The translations under genes and the position numbers were made by a program. From Octopus sinensis (taxonomy: Eukaryota), in NCBI RefSeq assembly GCF_006345805.1, contig NC_042998.1, positions 149,296,001 to 149,360,000 of the forward strand: a stretch of DNA of 64,000 bases. The letters are read 5' to 3'. Positions 54,798 to 64,000 of the stretch are shown here, in pieces. The notes under the pieces were generated by a model. The model had not been told where the DNA came from, made no database searches, and saw nothing but the letters and a program-made list of their open reading frames with translations. Within the stretch, counting starts at the first letter, position 1. Every line of letters begins with the position of its first letter.

Positions 54798-54843
54798 GAC
54801 ACCTGATGAAGGCTGAAGGGTATATCAGCCGAAATGTTGTGTT
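54798..54843 (+). ncRNA. Minimal type I hammerhead motif, sister copy (C15.2 changed to U)
   Basis: GACAC-CUGAUGA-A-GGCUGA(loop)UCAGCC-GAAA-UG-UU-GUGUU. Confidence 0.65.
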
Positions 54844-55229
54844 AACAACAAACAAGATGAGGACAAATATCCGTCAAATATAAATAATGTAAATCAAGTA
54901 AGATGGGGATCCACAATAATGTTTTAAGGGTCCCAGAAAAATTTTGCTTTAGATATATGTGTTGGTATTTATTGCAAGAAACAGCTCAGTTTCTTTCTCC
55001 AATGTTTTAAATGTTTCAACATACAAAGGTTAATTGTGTAAAAAATAAAATAGGAATTTTGAAAGAAGTTTCTATAAAGCTATTTTTAAACTTCGAATGT
55101 GTTTGAGGGTCCACCAGAGTAAATTAGCAATCGAAGGAGTCCATAGGTAAAAAATGGTTGAGAAACCCCTGGTATAGAATCTCATCGGTCTCACATGAGC
55201 ACCAGATCTTATAACCATCGTATAATAGA

Positions 55230-55435
55230 GAAAAGTCCTGAAATTTTATGCTCGGGGGGAGGGGGGTAAGTCGATTTTATCGACCCCAGTACATGACTTG
55301 TATTTATCGATCCCGAAAGGCTGAAAGACAAAGCTGACCTCGGCAGAATTTGAACTGAGAACATATAGATGGACGAAATGCCTCTAAGTGCTTTGTCCGG
55401 CGGGCTATAAAGATCTTGCCAGCTCGTCGCCTTAA
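55230..55435 (-). mobile_element. SINE family B copy
   Basis: CGAAAGGCTGAAAGACAAAGCTGACCTCGGCAGAATTTGAAC. Confidence 0.7.
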
Positions 55436-55566
55436 GCACTCAGTGTGATAACGCTACGCATAAACATTCCTAATACATAACTCACCCAACTCATATTCTA
55501 TACAACAAACGTGTCTTGAATGTAACACTCACCACAAACAACGACGACAACAATAACAACGACGAA

Positions 55567-55598
<32 letters not shown>

Positions 55599-55996
55599 CC
55601 TTGAAGAAAGTAATGTCGAAATACTTGCAATGCACCCAGCTAACGAAAATGCACATACATCGAAGATACGGTGGGTTGGGTAGGAATAGGGGGGAAATTA
55701 CCTGGTGATTGTACTGTACAAGTTTGCACAAAAATCTGCTCCACAATAGCGGATAAAAGGATAGGACATTTGATGGTAGAATCAGTAAAAAGACCTTTCT
55801 CTATTTTATTACCTTTCCTTTATGTTATGAGTTCAAATTTCATCACAATTATCTTTAATGTTGCAATGTTTTGAACCATGAAGAATTTGTACCGGATTTT
55901 TGCAGAGTTTTGAATCTTTTTTTTTTCAACATGTTTTTGCCTAAATGCATCAATAAATTAACATTGATATTTTTTCACCGTTGTTACAATCATCTG

Positions 55997-56418
55997 AAAT
56001 TGAGCTGTCGAAGCGCGATATTCGAGCAATTTTACTATTCAGATTCAAAAAAGACGTAAAGCAGCTGGAACCGCTCTCGACATCAACGAAGCGTTTGGAG
56101 AGGAAATGACCAGTGAGTGGTCAGCTCGAAAGTGGTTTAAACGATTTCGCAGTGAAGACCTGAACCTTGATGATCGTGAGCGTAGTGGACACCAATCTGT
56201 CATCGATGAAGGTCAATTAAAGACAGTCATTGACAAAGATCCACGTAACACCACTCGAGAACTGGCAAAAGAAGTTAGCCAGAAAAATACCTTCAACCAT
56301 TTGCATGCGATCGGAAAACAAAAAAGCTCGACAAATAGGAACCACACGATTTGAATGAAAATCAGAAAATGCACAGATATGAAATTTGTTCGTCGCTTCT
56401 TCTCCGCAGCCAGACCGG

Positions 56419-56420
<2 letters not shown>
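55997..56420 (+). pseudogene. Mariner transposase N-terminal (HTH) fragment
   Basis: ELSKRDIRAI..INEAFG..ARKWFKRFRS..L.DRERSG...DPRNTTRELA..W.PHDLNENQK..R.EICSSLL; frameshifted. Confidence 0.8.
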
Positions 56421-56477
<57 letters not shown>

Positions 56478-56786
56478 GTATATATATATATATATATATA
56501 TATTGTGTGTGTGTAACACCAGATTTAACTATCGTAGGAAGAAACTGGCTATCATCTTACATTAAACCATTTTCGTTCCAATGCTCCCCCACCTCCAATC
56601 CTGCTCACATTTCTACTTTACTTACTTCACCTACCTACCCATCAAATCTCACACTAAACCCTTTTACTCATTCTTTGTACCAGCCCGTGTACATTGACGT
56701 CTCTAACTCCCAATCGGCCCTACAACATGTTTTCCTAGGCACACATTGACCAAAACAGGTTCAAAATGAACATCAGGCGCATCTAC

Positions 56787-57055
56787 ACCACAAGGGTTCT
56801 AGGACCTGGAAAAACAGATTAATAACTATCGCTGCTCTTGTTTCACTGATGAAATATAAACCAAACAAGAATACTACAACCACTCTAGCCGAAGACAAAT
56901 ATTGTATATGTACGTATCTAAAATAAATATAAATTTATGTCAGCCGTATGAACACCATAAGGGTTCTAGGACCTGGATAGATCGACTAATAACTATCGCT
57001 GCTCTTGTTTCACTAATGAAATATAAACCAAACAACAACAATACTACAACTCTGA
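56787..57055 (+). repeat. ~100-bp direct repeat pair (56787-56885, 56953-57055)
   Basis: AAGGGTTCTAGGACCTGGA...TAATAACTATCGCTGCTCTTGTTTCACT(G/A)ATGAAATATAAACCAAACAA present twice. Confidence 0.85.
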
Positions 57056-57511
57056 CCCAAGTAATGTATTGTATAGGTTGATATTCCCTTTGGGAGTGAA
57101 CAGATATTAACAGAGTACAATTGATGTTTTACCGATTCCAGACGTTCTTATTATGTTGCCACTTTGTTCTTGGTGTTGAAAAGTGTTTCTATTGATTTTG
57201 GTCAGCAATCGTTTGTTTTCTCATTCATAAACGCTGTTTTTGTAGTTACTGTTTCTTGCAGCTTTTATTGTTCTTCCTTGGTTTTCATGTTTGTGTTGTT
57301 GGTATTGTCATTTTTCTCATGGAAATAAGGTCTCGACCATAAACATATACACCTATATATGCATTTATACATATATACATACATGTATGTGGTGTGTGTG
57401 TGTGTGTGTTTTGCTCGCGCACACAATTATATACTTATGTATATAGGTGTGTGGGTGTGGCGTATGTCACTCATCTAATTTATCTCTCTCTCTCTTTCTA
57501 TATATATATAC

Positions 57512-57550
<39 letters not shown>

Positions 57551-57697
57551 AATATATATAAATAAATATATACATATGGTGGGGAAGGCTGTATCTCATC
57601 TAAGATACCTATCTGTCCAAATTATATTTATGTCACATTCTCTATATAAATGTATCTATATGTCTAAACATATACACACACATTTATGCATATATAT

Positions 57698-57751
<54 letters not shown>

Positions 57752-57932
57752 ACATGTGTGTATGTGTAGAAATAATAAATACACATTTGATAGTACTACA
57801 TAGTCTCTTATATGAGTCTATGCAGTACTATCAAATTTGAATATGTTTATGAATTATATTTTATATAATACATCAACATACAGGCAGATATATATATGTA
57901 TGTATGTATGTGTGTGTGTATTTGTGTGTGTG

Positions 57933-58000
<68 letters not shown>

Positions 58001-58269
58001 TGGCGGTGCCACGGCATGGCCACAGCTCGTGAGCTGAACTAAATAAAATATAAATAAAACTATAAAATATATATATCGATGTATATGTATGTATGTTTAC
58101 AACATATACATACACGCACATGGATATATACACGCACAGGTGCGTACATATACACACATATAGATACAACATATGCATACACATATGCACACATTAAAAA
58201 AAGCATCAACTGCTCTTCCCGTCTTGTAGGATCATAAGTTCTGTTTCTTTGATTCTGTGGTGTATGTAT

Positions 58270-58425
58270 TATATTCCTTGGACTAGACGCCGGTCCGTCA
58301 TAAGATCATTCAATTTTACCAGCAGAACGTCTTTAACTCAAGAAGACAACACATCTGTTCAAGGAATGGTAACTGCAGTCTTACGATCATGAGTACAAAC
58401 CCCTGACTACTAAACCCCGTGCCGC
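58270..58425 (-). mobile_element. SINE family C copy, diverged
   Basis: CTCAAGAAGACAACAC...TTACGATCATGAGTACAAACCCC. Confidence 0.5.
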
Positions 58426-58489
58426 ACACATACATGCATACATGCATACATACATCGCATACAAACATCACACGCATACATACTGGAGT

Positions 58490-58790
58490 TTAGTCGAATG
58501 AATAAACCCCAGTATTCATTTTTTTAAAGTCTAGTAATTATTGGTCTCTATGCCGAAACGCTAAGTTGCAGGGACGTAAACATTGGTTGTCAAACGGTGG
58601 TGGGGGGACAGACAGACACACGCACGCAAGTGCGCGCCCACACGCACACACACACGTGACGAGCTTCATTTGGTTTCCGTCTGCCAAATCCACTGATACG
58701 GCTTCGGTTAGCCCGAGGCTATAATAGAAGACACTTGCCCAAGGTTCCACACAGTAGGACTGAACCCGGAATCATGTGGTTGGGAAGCAG
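58490..58790 (-). mobile_element. SINE family A copy
   Basis: Reverse family motifs. Confidence 0.75.
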
Positions 58791-59694
58791 AGAGGGAGCG
58801 AAACTGAGAGCGATATGTTGGAGTGAGTGAGTGACTGAGTGAAAGAAAGAGAGAGGAATACACAGAGAGTGTGATATAACTGTGAGGTATACAGGGTTTG
58901 TATGTATATCGAGAGAGAGAGGGAAAGAAAGAGAAGAGAGAGAGAGAGAGGGAAAGAAAGAGAAAGAGAGAGAGAGCGTGTATGTAGGCTTATGTGTTTG
59001 TATATATGTGTATATGTGTGTAGGATAAGAGATGATAGATAATATAAGATAGAGAGAGAATGAGCGTAGAGGTAGATATAATACTCGGTCTACTTTGCCA
59101 TAACTGGAAATGTTGCCGTTCTTTTACCAAGTGGGAATTCAATGTATCTCTTTGATTCTTCCTTGATACATCAGCACCAAACATCTCTATCAAATGATGA
59201 AAGCCTCTCGAACCGGAAGTGCTCAAAAGCTCTAGCAATAAACACCGACGATACCTAATCAACTTTTTTCATATTTTTTTAAACAGATTTCTTTCATTAT
59301 ATATATATTTTTAATATTTATGTTTTATTTCTTTATTTATGCTTCATTTACATATTTTGGTTGGTGGAACGGGAGGTTGGCTTACATTTTTTGTTCTTCT
59401 TATTTAGTTTCGCTCTATCAAGTTATGAGCTCTAAACCAACCACAAGCGATTGTTTTCTTTCGTTTTATTGCTGTCTTGCATATATTAGGATATAATACT
59501 TTGACTATGACGCTGTTTTTTCAAATTGTTTGCTCACTGTCAATGAAAGGTACATGATTTTGGCCTTCCTTCTTCAAGGGATCACTAACATTGTGTGACA
59601 CGAATTTTGTACCAGCTGTTATTTCCTGTTTACTTACTCCAAGAAAATATGAAAAGTGGCTAATATCTCCTTCAAACTTCACTTTTATTATATC

Positions 59695-59845
59695 TACTCA
59701 AACCCTAAAGGATCCCTCTCAACAAATGCCTACGATGCTCCGCCACCACTCCTGCTCATGATCGTGTACATATTGTCAACCACTAAGGGCTCAAGTGGTT
59801 ATGGTCAAGAAACTAACAAGCAAATCTGTGGTATTGAGCAGAATA
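59695..59845 (-). mobile_element. Family X internal fragment
   Basis: CAAATCTGTGGTATTGAGCAGAATATTT matches family X. Confidence 0.7.
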
Positions 59846-60005
59846 TTTTCTTTAACTGTATTTCTGCATCAGCAACTCAGCGTTGAATTTGTCTGTAATG
59901 GAAAGTAGGTCAATTCCAAAGCATTGATGGAAATAGCAGTCATTTCCTTTGATATCTAGAGAGAAGCAAATAGGAAATAATACTTACTGACCAGAGTGAA
60001 AAATG

Positions 60006-60082
<77 letters not shown>

Positions 60083-60084
60083 TT

Positions 60085-60590
60085 GTTACACAATGTAATA
60101 TAAAATCCTAGTCTGGTACTTGGGTTGATTAAACAAAAAAGATATTAATTTCCCAAATATTTACAACATTGTGTAGTTGCGTTAGGATGACCAGCACACT
60201 TACAAGATTGTACTTGGGTAGGTGAAAGTAAAAACACTGACCATGGCAGGAAGAAATGTCAATAACAACTCGGTATTGAATACCAAAATTTGTATATCTG
60301 ACTTTGAAACTTATTTCCATGTAAACTTTAAGTAAGACATCTTTACCATGAACCATCTACACAAAACATAAAAAGCTACGGCTGATAATGCATGTAGAAC
60401 TAAGCAACAATACAACTGAAAACATTTGCTACGTTATTTCCGACTGTGATTAAATGTCTTCTAGATACAACGTTCCCACGAGAAATGACGTAGCAGCCAG
60501 GACAATATGAGAGAAATATAACAAGAAACGATGTTTTTGCTGAGATATATACGGATCGAAACAATATTGGTAAGAAAGTTAGGAATATAA
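60085..60590 (+). pseudogene. R4/Dong-type zinc-knuckle region relic following (AAT)n
   Basis: KLRLIMH...ENICYVISDC..MS.RY...RNDVAARTI resembles ETIxHIISGC..Y..RHDxVA. Confidence 0.5.
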
Positions 60591-60600
60591 CAGTACATAA

Positions 60601-60782
60601 CCGCAGGAGTGGCTGTGTGGTAAGTAGCTTGCTTACCAACCACATGGTTCCGGGTTCGCTCCCACTGCGTGGCACCTTGGGCAAGTGTCTTCAGGCCGAC
60701 CAAAGCCTTGTGAGTGGATTTGGTAGACGGAAACTGAAAGAAGCCCGTCGTATATATGTATATATATATATATATATATAAA

Positions 60783-60815
<33 letters not shown>

Positions 60816-61045
60816 AGTGTGTGTGTGTGTGTGTGTATGTTTGTGCCCCCCCCACCCAACAACATCGCTTGACAACGGATGCTGGTGTGTTTACGTCCCC
60901 GTAACTTAGCGGTTCGGCAAAAGAGACCGATAGAATAAGTACTAGGCTTACAAAGAATAAGTCGTGGGGTCGATTTTCTCGACTAAAGGCGGTGCTCCAG
61001 CATGACTGAAACAAGTAAATGACTGAACCAAGTAAAAGAGAAAAA
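60601..61045 (+). mobile_element. SINE family A near-complete copy
   Basis: Head GCAGGAGTGGCTGTGTGG..GGGTTCGCTCCC, CORE-like part, internal (TA)/(TG), AG-rich tail. Confidence 0.85.
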
Positions 61046-61314
61046 GAGAGAGAGACCTGATATCGCTGTTTGTTAGAATAAAAGAGAAACATGTCCTGTC
61101 GTGAAGTCCACTTGGTGAATAAATTATAATAGAAAGAAATTATCTGTGGACTTTTGGTACAGTGTCTGTAAAACCAGTTGACAAAATACACCTTTGGCAA
61201 CACTCCCTGTGCAACTCTCTCTATTATTGGGGCCGCAAGATATATAGTAAATCAGCTGAACTTGGTTTGGGAAAGGAGGAGAATACAACGCGCGCGCATA
61301 CACACATACATACT

Positions 61315-61650
61315 CTTTTACTTGTTTCAGTCATTTGACTGCGGCCAAGCTAGAGCACCGCTTTCATTCGAGGAAATCGACCTCAGGACTTATTCTTTGT
61401 AAGCCTAGTACTTATTCTATCGGTAGTTTTTGCCGAACCGCTAAGGTTACGGGGACGTAAACACACCAGCATCGGTTGTCAAGCGAGGTTGGGGGGACAA
61501 ACACAGACACACAAACATATACGCATACATACATATATACATATACATATATACGACGGGCCTCTCAGTTTCCGTCTACTAAATCCACTCACAAGGCTTT
61601 GGTCGGCCCGAGGCTGAAGTAGAAAATACTTGCTCAAGGTGCCACACATA
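61315..61650 (-). mobile_element. SINE family A copy, inverted relative to 60601-61045
   Basis: Reverse family motifs. Confidence 0.8.
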
Positions 61651-61672
61651 CATACATACATACATACATACA

Positions 61673-61704
<32 letters not shown>

Positions 61705-61849
61705 CACACAAACAAAGTGAGTGAGTGTGAGAGAAGACTACACTTTTTAATGTATCTACTGTTGTATTCAGAGGATGCTATTTGATTTGAAGAAATTTGC
61801 CTGCTATTTCTAAAAGATCTAGCAATCCTGTAAAGGCTTCCTAATTACT

Positions 61850-62266
61850 GCTGATGGTCATAGTGATGTTGATGAAGGTGATAAAGGTAGACATGAAGGT
61901 TTGGTGTTGGTGGTGTTGGTGTTATTGTTAGTGTTCGTGGTGATGGTGATGGTGGTGATTGTTGTGTCGTAGAGATTGCAGTGAAGGACTGACTCTAATG
62001 GCTGCTGTCTTCAATGGCTGATACAGTTGTTGCTTTTGTTGTTGTTGTTGTTATTGTTGTTGATGATGATGATGATGATGAGGAGGAGGAGGAGGATGGT
62101 GATGATGATGTTGATAATGATGGTTGTGGTGGTGGTGATGGCGGTGGGATAATGGTGATACTTGCCTTGGTCGCCGGCTCCTATTGATGGCTTGTTAGCC
62201 GATTACACTAAAACAACGAGCTGGTGTTATTGTTGTTGTTGTAAGTAGTAGTAGTAGTAGTAGTAT

Positions 62267-62306
<40 letters not shown>

Positions 62307-62760
62307 GGCATTGTTGATGCTGTTAGATGTAGTGTTGTGAGTGTTAGTAACTCTGACAGTATTCGCACCGGTGCTGATGTTGGTGGTGGGGATGGTGGTG
62401 GGGATGTTGCTGTTGGTGGTGGTAATGATGGTTTTAGGGGTGGTAATGGTGGTGATGGTAGTGATGTTGGTGGCGGCGGTGGTGGTGGTGGTGAAGGTGG
62501 TGGTGGTGTTGGTGGTGGTGGTGAAGGCGGTGATGGAGGTGGTGATGGTGATGTTGTTGTTGGTTGTGCTGGTGGTGATGGTAGTGGTTGTGGTTGTCGT
62601 GGTGGCGGTGTGTAGATGTTGGTGCGAGTACCGATTAAATGGTGTTGATGGTACTACTAATATAGACGATGCTTTCGCCACTGGTGCTGGGCGTCAAAGC
62701 GGTGATGTGGTGGCGATGGTAGTTGTGATGGTGGTGGTGGTGGTGGTGATGGCGGCGGAG
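61850..62760. repeat. (GGT)n/(GAT)n/(GTT)n low-complexity region
   Basis: Directly visible; explains the Gly/Val/Thr-rich pseudo-ORFs. Confidence 0.85.
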
Positions 62761-64000
62761 GAATGGAGGGGAAGATGACAATAGATGAAAGAAAAGGCGC
62801 AAAGTAGTCAGACAATAAATTGTTAAAGCAGAGAGTTGCACTGACTTCAGTTGATATCTGAGAGTAAATATTGCATAGTTTTAACATTCTGTCAACAAGG
62901 TGTTTGTTATTAACAAATAAACAGATACAGACACACACATGCACACACACATACACACACTCACACTCACACACAGGCACACAAACATTATATATGGACA
63001 GGTCGACTAACAAACGAGCAGAAAAGCAGGCTGGCAGGCAGTCAGATACATAAGCAGTTGTAAATTTTGGTTGAAAGATAATTAGAACGAGGTATGGAAA
63101 AATGTATAAGGTGAAATATGTATAAGATAGATTGTTCATCAGCGAGCTAGACTGACAGACAGGTAGACAGAGACAGGCAGACAAGCAGACAGACAGACAG
63201 ATAGATAAGAGATAGATAGACAGATGGAAAGATGGATAGATATGAGGATATATGAACAGAAATCGAAGAGCAATCAGTTACATTGATTTCTGTGGCTCTC
63301 TCCTTTCCACTCTCTCACTTTGGCTGTACACACACATTCACACACACACACACTGAAGTGACGGCTTAGGTGATATGATATTATGTAAAGGCTATCTTTC
63401 ATAACTACTAGAAATACGCGTATTAAATTCATATAGAATATCAGCACTTGGTTTTGTGCTTATTTTGATGTGTATGCATAGATATATTTGACGGTGACGT
63501 CATTCATATATGAACCAAAGTAACTAAACTATGGGCAGTAAACATCGCCATCATTTGTGCATTCCTCGGTATAAAATCATGAATATGTATTACTTTCAAT
63601 ATATATGGAAATTGCTGCCATTTTTGACGGAACAGGTGATTTAATAATATGATAGATGGAGAACTTTCCAACAATTAAATATAGAAGTTTTTATTACTTC
63701 AGTTTCAAAACATATTAAAACAGTTTGTATACCACTTACCATTATACTTAATTCTTTTGGTTTCGATCCTCTGACTAAAACTATATTATTGTTACTCTAA
63801 AAGTTTACATCAAATACTTGGAATGAGTGTTATATCGATGCATTAATTAGATTCTATTGTCGGTTTCTTTCTTTTAAAATACCATCATTTTTTGACGGCA
63901 CGAGTATACTACTATATACTAGTTACAAACAAAATTAACAAATTATCGATAACGTCTAATGACCTGAAATACCAGCAGCAATATTTTCACCAATTTCATT

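Larger units (their letters stand above)
54195..54891. mobile_element. Head-to-head inverted pair of tRNA-headed, hammerhead-tailed short elements
   Basis: Arms 54195-54558 and 54624-54891 are reverse complements (unique ~140 bp + AAT tract + GGCAGT(G/A)ACCTG); the 65-nt spacer plus adjacent arm reads as a tRNA-like head on the minus strand. Confidence 0.75.
54074..55171. mobile_element. hAT (Charlie-like) MITE hosting a nested palindromic insertion
   Basis: Termini TAGTGGTTTTCAAC and GTTGAGAAACCCCTG; degenerate 8-bp TSD GTTCAGAG / GTATAGAA (NTCTAGAN-like). Confidence 0.6.

Noticed and set aside
62208-62778. Gly-rich, Val-rich and Thr-rich mucin-like ORFs
   Set aside because: Overlapping ORFs on both strands over degenerate (GGT/GAT)n; no domain or splice support.

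Overview
AT-rich eukaryotic non-coding DNA, very rich in simple repeats. It is probably cephalopod (octopus-like), inferred from the SINE and microsatellite landscape rather than any database hit. No host gene can be assembled, and most ORFs in the supplied track are microsatellite artefacts. The window is a dense transposon graveyard. It holds one IR/DR Tc1 (DD34E) element with an open transposase ORF, a decayed DD41D (rosa/VS-type) element, mariner fragments, and hAT-like and other MITEs. Retroelements include at least six Penelope-like (PLE) RT/GIY-YIG relics, R4/Dong-clade RLE fragments at (AAT)n tracts, an RTE 3' end, three tRNA-derived SINE families in many copies, and a ~560-bp non-tRNA retroposon found in (AAT)n. 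There is also a near-identical 1.46-kb tandem duplication and a 100-N gap. The most striking signal is a set of minimal type I hammerhead ribozyme motifs. One is canonical and lies in a PLE 3' region (14823-14905). Two lie in a ~700-bp palindrome (54195-54891) that appears to be a tRNA-headed, (AAT)n-linked, hammerhead-tailed short element in PLE-style inverted arrangement. Several more are decayed.
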